DNA of 64,000 bases from Eledone cirrhosa (lineage: Eukaryota). Position numbers and translations under genes: made by a program. Shown here in pieces: positions 11,962 through 23,461 of the stretch (its first letter is position 1; each line of letters opens with the position of its first letter). The notes beneath the pieces are model-generated. The model ran no database searches and had not been told where the DNA came from. It saw only the letters and a program-made list of their open reading frames with translations. The DNA is taken from assembly GCA_964016885.1 (NCBI GenBank), contig OZ024740.1, forward strand, positions 183,334,001 through 183,398,000, given 5' to 3'.

Positions 11962-14029
11962 TATAGACATAGAATATTCGAAAATATTCTGTATGTTTAT
12001 AATAAACATTTTGAAGACCTAATCGCTATAGAATAGAATACGTCACGTATTAAAATTAGATTCTCGATAAAAGCAAGGGAAGTAATCTACGCGTTTCATT
12101 CTTGTTAGAATTCATCAGGACTACATATCCAGTGCTTTTATCGAGAATGACACAGCTAGAGACTTATAGAATACTTAGCTGTGTACTGGAACTGGTTTGA
12201 AAGAGCGGTTGCCGGTCCGGCAGAAATTAGAAATTGGAATAAATGCTCTGAAATAGCGATATATATGTGAGTATAGACATAGAATATTCGAAAATATTCT
12301 GTATGTTTATAATAAACATTTTGAAGACCTAATCGCTATAGAATAGAATACGTCACGTATTAAAATTAGATTCTCGATAAAAGCAAGGGAAGTAATCTAC
12401 GCGTTTCATTCTTGTTAGAATTCATCAGGACTACATATCCAGTGCTTTTATCGAGAATGACACAGCTAGAGACTTATAGAATACTTAGCTGTGTACTGGA
12501 ACTGGTTTGAAAGAGCGGTTGCCGGTCCGGCAGAAATTAGAAATTGGAATAAATGCTCTGAAATAGCGATATATATGTGAGTATAGACATAGAATATTCG
12601 AAAATATTCTGTATGTTTATAATAAACATTTTGAAGACCTAATCGCTATAGAATAGAATACGTCACGTATTAAAATTAGATTCTCGATCGATTAGGTCTT
12701 CAAAATGTTTATTATAAACATACAGAATATTTTCGAATATTCTATGTCTATACTCACATATATATCGCTATTTCAGAGCATTTATTCCAATTTCTAATTT
12801 CTGCCGGACCGGCAACCGCTCTTTCAAACCAGTTCCAGTACACAGCTAAGTATTCTATAAGTCTCTAGCTGTGTCATTCTCGATAAAAGCACTGGATATG
12901 TAGTCCTGATGAATTCTAACAAGAATGAAACGCGTAGATTACTTCCCTTGCTTTTATCGAGAATCTAATTTTAATACGTGACGTATTCTATTCTATAGCG
13001 ATTAGGTCTTCAAAATGTTTATTATAAACATACAGAATATTTTCGAATATTCTATGTCTATACTCACATATATATCGCTATTTCAGAGCATTTATTCCAA
13101 TTTCTAATTTCTGCCGGACCGGCAACCGCTCTTTCAAACCAGTTCCAGTACACAGCTAAGTATTCTATAAGTCTCTAGCTGTGTCATTCTCGATAAAAGC
13201 ACTGGATATGTAGTCCTGATGAATTCTAACAAGAATGAAACGCGTAGATTACTTCCCTTGCTTTTATCGAGAATCTAATTTTAATACGTGACGTATTCTA
13301 TTCTATAGCGATTAGGTCTTCAAAATGTTTATTATAAACATACAGAATATTTTCGAATATTCTATGTCTATACTCACATATATATCGCTATTTCAGAGCA
13401 TTTATTCCAATTTCTAATTTCTGCCGGACCGGCAACCGCTCTTTCAAACCAGTTCCAGTACACAGCTAAGTATTCTATAAGTCTCTAGCTGTGTCATTCT
13501 CGATAAAAGCACTGGATATGTAGTCCTGATGAATTCTAACAAGAATGAAACGCGTAGATTACTTCCCTTGCTTTTATCGAGAATCTAATTTTAATACGTG
13601 ACGTATTCTATTCTATAGCGATTAGGTCTTCAAAATGTTTATTATAAACATACAGAATATTTTCGAATATTCTATGTCTATACTCACATATATATCGCTA
13701 TTTCAGAGCATTTATTCCAATTTCTAATTTCTGCCGGACCGGCAACCGCTCTTTCAAACCAGTTCCAGTACACAGCTAAGTATTCTATAAGTCTCTAGCT
13801 GTGTCATTCTCGATAAAAGCACTGGATATGTAGTCCTGATGAATTCTAACAAGAATGAAACGCGTAGATTACTTCCCTTGCTTTTATCGAGAATCTAATT
13901 TTAATACGTGACGTATTCTATTCTATAGCGATTAGGTCTTCAAAATGTTTATTATAAACATACAGAATATTTTCGAATATTCTATGTCTATACTCACATA
14001 TATATCGCTATTTCAGAGCATTTATTCCA

Positions 14030-14030
<1 letters not shown>
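11959..14030. repeat. Inverted tandem array of 310-bp HHR-containing units (family D, retrozyme-like)
   Basis: Unit starts 11959, 12269, 12579 (period 310); inversion at 12688/12689; about 2.35 minus-sense plus 4.3 plus-sense units, identical by eye; (TA)n on both sides. Confidence 0.95.
12900..12942 (+). ncRNA. Type I hammerhead ribozyme (also at +310, +620, +930; two copies on - with cores at 12112-12118 and 12422-12428)
   Basis: GUAGUC-CUGAUGA-AUUCU-AACA-AGAAU-GAAA-CGCG-UA-GAUUAC; complete catalytic core, 6-bp stem I, 5-bp stem II, palindromic stem III ACGCGU, GUA cleavage site after 12936. Confidence 0.9.
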
Positions 14031-14102
<72 letters not shown>

Positions 14103-14107
14103 AATAT

Positions 14108-14207
14108 ATACTGGCGTGTATGATTGTGTATAGAAGATTATATTAATAAAAGGAATTCCAACTTTGGCTGATTTATTCGTTTTATTTCGAATAAATCAGT
14201 TGGAATT
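14108..14207 (-). mobile_element. 3' terminal fragment of family B element with a short local inversion
   Basis: Reverse complement of about 10740-10811; CTGATTTATTCG/CGAATAAATCAG hairpin; adjoins (TA)n(TG)n. Confidence 0.7.
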
Positions 14208-14209
14208 GG

Positions 14210-15010
14210 CAATCGACATTTGCTATTACAGGTTAAATGTTTCCTGATTTTGGTGTCAATTTTCTTAATTTCGTTAATGCTCCAATTTATAATATTGAAA
14301 CTGTAGGTTACAACTGGGATTTCAAGCCCATTTATGGCAGATAATTCATTACCAAACAAGGGAGAATAGCTCTAACTGGTGGTGATATAAAAGCTGAAAT
14401 AAGGAAAATGTCAAGCTGGAAAGCTGTAGGGTAGGATATATTGCAAGGTTTCTGGTTTCAAAAGCTCTTTGGACTCCATTAAAGGATCACAGATAATCTG
14501 CAGGAGTATGTAGAAAATAGCAATGTGCCAGATTAGATGACAGTGGAGAAAGCAGTTTAGATAATGACGAACATGTACAAAGGAACACTGGCAAGAAATA
14601 ATTGTCTGATAGCTTGCTTTACACTGATATCGAAACTGCTAACAGGAGTTTTTTTCTGAAAAGATCTATTTACACCGGAAAAAATGAACTGTTGTGTAAT
14701 GAGTAAAAAGGTTGCAGGATGAGATCAAGGGATTCAAAGGATCAACTAATGATTGATAAGAGCTTACTATGAAACGTTTGGAGATTAACAAATTTCTCAA
14801 TGACCTGGTTTGATAAAAAAGAGACATATGATATGGTACCACACCCTTAGATAATGGGGTATTCAGACCTGGTGAGAGTTGCAGTTAAGATCAGGGAATT
14901 AATCAGAAACAGCATACAAAAATGGAAGATGTGTTTAACATCTAGTGGAAAAGAGTTAAATGATGTGGGGATCAACTATAGGATCTTTCAAGGTGATTCC
15001 ATTTCTGTAC
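14210..15010. mobile_element. Degenerate R4/Dong-like LINE RT fragments in opposite orientations
   Basis: Minus 14210-14359: AINGLEIPVVTYSFNIINWS..IDTKIRKHLT; plus 14360-15010: KMSSWKA, GFWFQK, KGCR..SKDQLMIDK, YDMVPH, IFQGDS with many stops. Confidence 0.75.
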
Positions 15011-15377
15011 ATATTTAAAGAGTCTGAAGATGAGGGCTCACTTTTACTTCTTCAGATAGTGAATAAATACAACTCTACTACCATTAGGGTCACAATAAAA
15101 TATTCGTCGAATGCAGTCAAAAATGAATAAAAATAACTTGAACTTTATTATAATTTTACATTGTGCCATAGTATATATGGTATTAAGATTTCTTTTTTAC
15201 TCTGAAAGCTAAAATAAAATAAAAAACAGAATAACCCTTCGGTTACATTCGATTTAAGAACTTCTCAGATTTAATGGACACACACATATATACATTTATT
15301 TATCTAAAGATGAATCTCCTGCCTGTTGCTACTCTGAGCTTAAAGCAACTGCAAATCCCCAAATATGTATATACTTC

Positions 15378-15420
15378 TATATACACACACACATATGTAT
15401 ATATATATATATATGTATAT

Positions 15421-15482
<62 letters not shown>

Positions 15483-15485
15483 ATG

Positions 15486-15552
<67 letters not shown>
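15378..15552. repeat. (TA)n/(CA)n/(TG)n compound microsatellite
   Basis: Direct reading. Confidence 0.95.
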
Positions 15553-15554
<2 letters not shown>

Positions 15555-16549
15555 CTTTAAAATGAAAAAGTAAACCAAAACTATATTGAAACCAGATTTT
15601 ATTGACATCATAAGCCACCACTCCCACCATTTTCTTTAAAAGTCATTCACATCATTTTCCCATTGATTACTGCTTTCTACATATCCAGATTCTAACTTTC
15701 AAAAATTCTAGCTGTTAAGCAAAAATTAAGTATTCTGAATGAAAAACAAGAAAGCTTAGCAAGCAGAATCTTTCCTTGATAACTATCTTAAAATGACAGG
15801 GCAGTTACAGAGCAGTTGGCATAAGCATGATATATATCCTGACTGTAAAGTATTTGATTCAAGATTTCCTGATCAAGGATGGATTTCCATATCAATCATG
15901 CCAAAGATAGTGAAGAACCGAATACATAAAATGTTTTTATAAAAATTAGGTGTGTTGCAATATTCTACATGAATGGTGGAATATTGTACCATGGCAACTA
16001 ATAGACTATTAGATTCATGCATAGACATGTTTGCTTCACAAACATATGATTCTGGGCTTGATAATCCACTACAAAATGCCATGGAACTTCTACTGTAACC
16101 TCACTTTGTGATTGGAATTTGGTAGATAGAAACTTTGTGGTTGCTGGTTGAAAGTGTGTGTCTTTGTAATTCATAGTAAATCAAGGTATCGAATTATGTT
16201 GTTTCATGCAAAAGAGGGATATACTTAGCAAAGAGATCGATAAAATAAGTACCAAAACTCAAATAATTTCTGAGTTTGATATAAGTGACAAAAGCCCTTT
16301 AAGTTGTAGTCCAATGATTGAAACTAGTGGAAGAATAAAATAATATTTCTCATATGCTTATGAATTCATATATCAAACTCATTTCACTCTACTTCTTTAT
16401 TTCATTTCTTATATTAATAGCATTTTTGTATACAGGTCTCCTTTAGGCTAATTATTGTATCACTGCCAGTTAATCTTTATTGACCACATACGAATATAGT
16501 AGTATCTAAATTCAAAAATGGTAAAAGATAATGTGTCAGACAAGTTGAA

Positions 16550-16782
16550 TGGAGGCATGTATGTGTCCTAGTGGTAAGTGTGTTGGACTTAAGGTCAAAA
16601 TATTGTGGGTTCGATTCAACTTTCAGCGGCACAGGAGTTGACACCAAAGAGGAGATAAACCAGTCTTTGCCATTCACAGGGAACACATTAACACAAAATT
16701 CAAATTGAAAAAATGATCAGACAATGAAGCACTCAACCAGGGGCTTACAATTTAAATGCAGTTAAATTCACTGGGTATTTAA
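16550..16782 (+). mobile_element. Degenerate tRNA-derived SINE
   Basis: A-box-like CCTAGTGGTAAG and B-box-like GGGTTCGATTC. Confidence 0.5.
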
Positions 16783-16838
<56 letters not shown>

Positions 16839-16839
<1 letters not shown>

Positions 16840-17447
16840 CACCTAGCCCAGACTCACTATAAAGGCTGGAGACATGATGTGATGGGCAGGGTGATCCACT
16901 GGCACCTATGCAAAGTAAACATTTTACCACATTCTGAGAAGTGGTAAGCCAGAGTCGGTGATAGAAAACGATCAGGTGAAGGTGCTGTGGAATTTTAGGA
17001 TACAGACGGACAAGAAACTGGAACACAATAGACCTGACCTGGTGGTTTTGGACAAGGAAAAAAGATTGTGCCTGATGATTGTCGATGTAGCCTGCCCATT
17101 CGACACGAGTGTGCAAGAGAAGGAGAGGGAGTAAATTAACCGATACCAGGACTTAAAATGGGAGGTGAAACGGATTTGGAACTGCCATGAAGTCAAACTG
17201 GTCCCGATTGTCATAGGCGCACTAGGTACTATCTCAAAAATTTTCCAGGGATGGTTAAAGAAAATTGGTCTCGGCCCGCTTTTTGGAACACTTCAAAAGG
17301 CATGCTTGCTGGGAACAGTAAGAACCCTCCGATACGTCCTGAATATCTGAGGCTGCAGGTAGTGGCTTGATATTCATTTCAACAAACTTTCCAGTTAAAT
17401 AACATCAATGACTGAGACTCAAAAACAATAATAATAGTAATAATAAT
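16839..17447 (+). mobile_element. 5'-truncated Dong/R4-like LINE (RLE endonuclease end) in a (TAA)n tract
   Basis: RHD..IHWHLC, KVLWNFRIQTDKKLEHNRPDLVV..VDVACPFD..RYQDL..VPIVIGALGT..LQKACLLGT; (TAA)n at 16783-16838 and AATAAT tail at about 17427-17447. Confidence 0.88.
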
Positions 17448-17552
17448 ATATATATATATATATATATATATGTAAAAGGTAAACAGAAATAACAACACAA
17501 TCGGTACAGTATATGGAAGGTATATATTAGGTTAACGCTTGATATAGCAGGG

Positions 17553-17588
17553 TCTTAACGTTTCGGACGCTAGTCCTTCAACAGAAGA
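17553..17588 (-). ncRNA. Minimal hammerhead motif, downstream pLTR (core mutated to CUGUUGA)
   Basis: Reverse complement UCUU-CUGUUGA-A-GGAC-UAGC-GUCC-GAAA-CG-UU-AAGA. Confidence 0.65.
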
Positions 17589-17966
17589 AAGAATGAGAAA
17601 TAAAATAGATTAAGGGGACGGGCAGGATGGAATTGGAAAAAAATGTCTTTAGATAAAAATAATAGGTCCATTCATGTTGACATCTCTTGCAAAACTGTTG
17701 GTGCTGGCGTTTTGTGTATGATTTGTTTTTTAGAAAAATGGATGATGGTGCGTGTCTACCTGAAATGGAAAAAAAACTGTTTTCTAAAAAGAGCTATATT
17801 TGAGCACGTGCGTAAGCAGGAGTGTCTCTGTGTGTTATTATACACACGAAGCTAAGAAGAGATATGTGTGTATATGTGAGTAAAAGAGTGCATGTGCATG
17901 TAAGTACGAAGCTATGAGCAAAGAGAAAGTGATAGGAATCTAGGGGTGTGATAATGGACGGGGGTA

Positions 17967-20560
17967 TTAGAGAAATTGGGGAGGTGAGTTGAGTCCAAGA
18001 GACGAATTGGACCCAAGACGGTGAATCAAACATTGTTCAGTCCTGGTGCGCGAGGCCTGTGATCCATGATGTAAAAGGACACCCAGGACTGAAACATATA
18101 GGGAAGAATGACCAGGAGAACAGAAATGAGAAGCGACGGAAGTATCCAAACCGAGTCGTATATCCCTCAAATGTTCGGCAAACCGGTTTGCCATACGGCG
18201 TCCTGTTTGTCCGATATATAAAGACCCGCAAAGGGAACACCGGAGGGCATAGGCAACGGGGGTGGATGAGCAGGTGAAAGAATGGCGGATACGGAAAGAC
18301 CAGTTAGGGCCTGTAAGAGTGGTGAGGGTGGAAATAAAGGGACAAGTGTTGCAGAGAGAACGGGAACAAGGATGAGAGCCAGGTGGTGTCGTGGGAGAGG
18401 ACGAAAAAGAACTATGAACCAGGAGGTCGCAGAGGTTTCGGGCGCGCTTAAAAGCAGTAGTTTGTGGGTTTGGAAAAAAAGCGAGAAATGACGGCGTCAG
18501 AAGAGCGGATACGGAAGGGACGGAGGATATGTCACTGGAGAGGTAGGGTGCTGGGGTGGTAGGTGAGAGTGAAAGGAACACGGGTGTTGGGAGAGCGGGG
18601 GTGAGGTGAGAGGCCTGGTGTGCGGTCTGTTTCACGGGCGTGGGTGAGAGTAGCTTGGATCAAGGTGCGGATATCCACGCTGTATGAAGCAGGAAGCCAT
18701 GCGATGGGAATGGGTTTCGAAATTGTCGTCCTGGCTACAGAGTCGATGAAGACGGAGGAATTGGGAATAGGCCATGGAGTGTTTGGTGTCAGTTGGATGG
18801 GAGGAGGTGAAGTAGAGATAAGATTGGGAGTCTGTTGGTTTAATGTAGATGGAAGTAGAGACGGTGTGGTGAGAGAGATTAATAGATAGAGAGATATCTA
18901 GAAAAGCGACAGAAGAATCAGAGACCGAGGCGGTGAAATTGAGAGCAGGATGGAAAGATTGGACAAAAGAAAGAAAACAGTCGAGCTGTTCTCGTGAATG
19001 GGAGGTGGCGATACAGTCGGCGATATAACGACCATATAGCTCAGGATTCGGTCCAGCGTACTGGGAGAAGATCTGGGCTTCGACGTAGCCACCAAACAAG
19101 TTGACATAGTTTGGACCCATTCTGGTTCCTATCGTTATCCCAGAGACCTGCTGGTAAAATTCACCCGAAAAGAAATCCATTAAGGGTGAGAACAAGCTCA
19201 GCCAGACGGAGAAGAGTGTTAATGCTGGGGTAAGGGGTAGGGCGTAAATCTAAAAAATGCTGGAGAGCGCGTAAGCCGTCATCATGAGGGATTACGGTAT
19301 AGAGAGAAATGATGTCCAGGGTAAAGAGAAGGCGGGGGGGGACCAGGAGGGAAGGAGAAAGAGTTGAAAAGTCTAAAGGCATGATTTGTATTGTGGATGT
19401 GGGAGGGGAGATTGCCGACCAACGGGGCGAGGATGGTGTCTAAATATGCAGAAATTATCTCGGTGGGGCAGTTGCACGCAGAAACGATAGGACGGCCAGG
19501 ATTATTTTGTTTGTGTATTTTGGGGAGGAAGTAGATGGTGGGTGTGCGAGGGGTGCGTACAATAAGGTTGGTGGCTGTGGGGGGTAGGTGAGAGGAGGAG
19601 ATGAGCTCGTGGATGGTGGAGGACATGAGTTGTTGGTAGCCAGGAGTGGGGTCGGTGGATAAAGGGCGGTAAAAAAGGTTATTGTGAAGCTGGCGGAGAG
19701 CCTCAGCCCTATAGAGGTCAGCGCTCCAAACCACCACACCGCCACCTTTGTCAGCGGGTTTGATGACAATGTCATCGCAACACCGTAGGTTGCGAACAGC
19801 GGAGAGCTCAGTTCGCGTGATGTTAGAGCGACGAGAATGCTAGTGGAAACGGAACCGATTCACAGTACGCCGGCAAACATCGACAAAGGAGTCGAGTGTG
19901 CTGTCCAATGTGATTGCCGGCGACTGAGACGAGTGAAGTCATCCGTCTGTGTTGATGATGGCGTGTCGTGAAAAAAACTTTCAGCTTTAAACGACGGAAG
20001 AACCCTTCAATATCGGCACATGTGCGGACCTCGTCGAAGGTAGATGTGGTGGTATAAAACGTAAACCACGGGCGATGAGGGAGCGCTCAGCTTCGGAGAA
20101 TGGTAGGTCCTGGGGTATGGTAACTACAGTGCAGGGATGTGAGGGACTGTAAGTGGCGGAAGCGGAGGGGTCAAGGTGGCTGGGCAAAGCGTGTGCAGAT
20201 ACAGTGGTAGGTGACGGGATAGAGGGGTTAGGGTTGGAGGTGATATGAGTATGGGTGGTGACAGCAGGCGGGGAGCGGAGAGAGTCGAGTTTATGGTTTT
20301 TTGCGGAAGTGAGGAAATTGAAAAGGAGGCGATTGAGGTAAAGGATGAATTGGAAAAGGGACTGGGCGAGGAAAAGGTGGGAATTTGAGGAGAGATGGAG
20401 GTAGGCCTTGGGGAGATCTCGGTCGAGAGAACGGATTTGGGTGAGAGTTGATCGAATGGTCGCCCGCATCAGCTGGCGAGAGGAGCGGGTAAGGATGGGT
20501 TCAGTGGTGGGAGCAGAGTAAGAGGTGGGGTGAAACTTGAGGCGGAAACCGTGGTGCATG
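17967..20560 (-). pseudogene. PLE RT plus Cys-rich linker plus GIY-YIG endonuclease, frameshifted
   Basis: IKPADKGG, PTIYFLPKIHK..PGRPIVSAC, LFTLDI.SLYT.IPH, YQQVSG..GTRMGP, RYIAD (YIDD mutated), FLDI, CSRSLCNTC linker, VAYALRCSLCGSLYIGQTGRRMANRFAEH. Confidence 0.9.
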
Positions 20561-21084
20561 AGGTGATGTTGGAGACAGCGACTTAAAAATGTTATGTGAC
20601 TGTTCTATAGTGTTTTGGTGAAGATGACGTTGGAGAGATGCAGTGAGGATTGGATGCATATAGGGGGAGAGGTTGGAGGAAGCGCTTGAGAGTAGAATGG
20701 AGCTGGCGGAGAAAAGATTTGAGATTAGGCATGTTGAAGGTACTAGGGTGGGAGTGAAAGATAGACGGATGAGAAGAAGAAGGTGGTGTAAGAAGATTGT
20801 AGTAGAGGAAAAGTGGTAGTGAGTCGTGGAATATTTAAATGCAAGAAGCAAAGAAAATTTCAAAGATACGAAAGATTTACTGGTGGAAGTTCAGGTGCAC
20901 TCCGGGCTGGTATCCAGTTTCGAGGTGAAAGTCCAATCTGAAAATCCAACGAATTTTGAGAGGTCATATAAGCGTTGATATATATATATATATGTATGTA
21001 GAAGGTAAACAGAAATAACAACACAATTGGTACAGTATATGGAAGGTATATATTAGGTTAACGCTTGATATAGCAGGAAGAGGG

Positions 21085-21120
21085 TTTTAACGTTTCGGAC
21101 GCTAGTCCTTCATCAGAAGA
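21085..21120 (-). ncRNA. Minimal hammerhead motif, upstream pLTR (intact core)
   Basis: Reverse complement UCUU-CUGAUGA-A-GGAC-UAGC-GUCC-GAAA-CG-UU-AAAA; one stem I mismatch. Confidence 0.7.
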
Positions 21121-21510
21121 AAGAATGAGAAATAAAATAGATTGAGGGGACTTGCGGGATGGAATTGGAAAAAATGTCTTTAGATAAAAATAATAGGTCC
21201 ATTTATGTTGAAATCTCTTACAAAACTGTTGGTGCAGGAATGATTGACAAGATCCCAGACCTTAGTTACCGAATAGGGTGGAACTTGTCATATCAAACCA
21301 AGGAAACAAAGTTTTCATTGGTCATTTTCACTGCCGAGAATATTTACCAGTCACAACTCATGGCATAAGGAGCAACATGAAATAAAGTGTCTTGCTTAAG
21401 AATATAAGGCATTCCCCAGTCTGAGAATCACTCGCCACCTAATGATTGCAAATCCCATTCTCTAATCACTAAATCACTTGCCTTTATGCACGCACACACA
21501 CACTCACACA

Positions 21511-21544
<34 letters not shown>

Positions 21545-21643
21545 TACACACACACACACATATGTACCAAATTTAACAGATTTTTATTTGTATACTTGTA
21601 TAACTTATGAGTTGAAAATCTCATGCAGTTATGCAATACTCTC

Positions 21644-21871
21644 TTAACCCTTTCACATTTACATTACTCTATATATACTATCGTAATTTTGTGGTAAAGG
21701 CTTTATCTTACATAATTATCTCACATAATATTGAATCTATGAGATTTTGATATTATTCATTTTGAGAAAAATATCTTAGCATCAGTATGAGTGGCTGGTT
21801 ACAGCCAGTTTGAACAGAAGAGGTGAGAGAATTCTGGTCGGATATGGCCAGTTTAAATGCTAAAGGGTTAA
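21644..21871. mobile_element. TTAA-flanked MITE (piggyBac-like termini)
   Basis: TTAACCCTTTCACATTTA / TAAATGCTAAAGGGTTAA, 16/18 inverted match; similar degenerate elements near 27890-28122, 28309-28530, 36199-36421 and 53310-53536. Confidence 0.7.
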
Positions 21872-23134
21872 TATGTAGTTCAAATCTGCTTTGACTTGCC
21901 CATCAGACACGAGAATTATTGCAATCTGCACACACATACATATTAAACTGTTTTCATCTTCTGAAACTATAGTATACATTAAGTAATAAAGAAGCCTATA
22001 TTCAGTTGCTTGACCTGTCAGATCTAACAACCAAATCTTTCTTAAATGACAATTATCATTTTTAAAAAGTGAAAAACTCAGATAATGCTGCTAAAATATG
22101 TGGATGAAAGTGATTTTGTAAACACATTCTTGGAAAAGTATACAACATCATAATTACATTATCACATTATCACTTAACATCTTTACTCTATTACTATTTA
22201 TTTTCCCAATGCTCTGTTAACTCTTAAATATAACATAAACAATTGAATAACAAACCCATGTTTAGACATTTTCAAGATATTAAGAATTAAATCAATGATT
22301 CCATTATGTCTAGAGGTAAATAACTACTTTAGAAATGAATTGACCACAGTTTTAAGCAGTAGAAGACCTACACTGTTGAAAAGTGTTGTTCTGCTGAAGT
22401 AAAAGTTTTTAATGACAATAGCAAAGGTAAGATGAAGCCATTTCATGTGTGTCTAATTTTGCATCATAACAAGTAGATGAAGAATTCAATAGAATAAGAG
22501 AGAAAGAAGAATACACTAAAAGTATCAGAGAGATTTGAAATTGAAAGAATTCTGTGAAAATAATAGACTAAGGGGTTGTTGCTGCTCAAGTCCATTCCAA
22601 CTATGACGAAAATGTACTTTATTCAGACAAAGTGTATCAATGACTAAACACAAAATCTTTATTTAAGACTGTAGAGTGTGATTTGAGGGAGATTTTCATG
22701 TTATTTCTAACATGTTGAGCAACAAATTTAATGCCCATCTTGTCAGCTCATGAGAACTAAACTATATTACGAAGCAGAATTGATGTATATACTAATATGT
22801 TAGTCATACAAATCACTAAAATAAAGATAGATATTTCGGAAACAAACAATAACATTTTTTATTTGTGATTTTATATCTGTTATTTGTGGTGGTGGTGGTA
22901 ACCACCACTACAAATAACAGATGGGTATTTCCTCTTACTATAAACAACAGACTGAAAAGTCACGATAATCTTGATAATATCATCATCATCATCATTTTAA
23001 TATAAAAAAAAGAGGCTGTTTGCATAATTGCAAATGAATCGAATATTATTATTAATATTCGAAAAAAAACTCAGATTACATTTATATATATATATGTATA
23101 AAGACATGTATACATTTGCATATACAACCTTTCG

Positions 23135-23461
23135 GTTTTCATTGGCCTTGCAATCGAAAGGTTGTGAGTTCAATTCTCAGACCGGGTGATGTGTTGTTTC
23201 CTTGAGCACGACACTTTATTTCAGATTGCTCCAGTTTACTCAGCTGTAGAAATGAGATGATAGGGGCAGGGGTCCCTATCATTCCACTACAAAGTGGTCG
23301 TGGAGGTGCCATGGCAAAAAAGCACCCAGCACTCACTGTAAATGAGAATGGTGTTAGAAAGGGCATCCAGCTGTAGAAATCAAGCCAGAATCAGTTCTCG
23401 TCCCACCCTTGCAAGCAGGGAAAAAGCGGACATAAAATGAAATGATGATGATGATGATGAT
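23135..23461 (+). mobile_element. tRNA-derived SINE with RTE-derived 3' end and (GAT)n tail
   Basis: B-box GAGTTCAATTC, central TTGTTTCCTTGAGCACGACACTTT, then GGTGTTAGAAAGGGCATCCAGCTGTAGAA..CCCTTGCAAGCAGGGAAAAAGCGGACATAAA(TGA)n shared with RTE tails. Confidence 0.75.

Larger units (their letters stand above)
17472..21237 (-). mobile_element. Near full-length Penelope-like element (Neptune-like) with direct pLTRs
   Basis: Direct repeats about 17472-17705 and 20998-21237; frameshifted RT-EN ORF between; each pLTR 3' end adjoins (TA)n. Confidence 0.92.

Noticed and set aside
11959-14030. CRISPR array or ordinary satellite DNA
   Set aside because: No unique spacers, no cas genes and a eukaryotic context; each unit carries a full HHR and the short array is inverted and TA-bounded, unlike a plain satellite
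18059-18889. Plus-strand ORFs over the PLE, and similar antisense ORFs at 9038-9516, 48090-48713 and 55595-56050
   Set aside because: Shadow frames opposite transposon coding sequence
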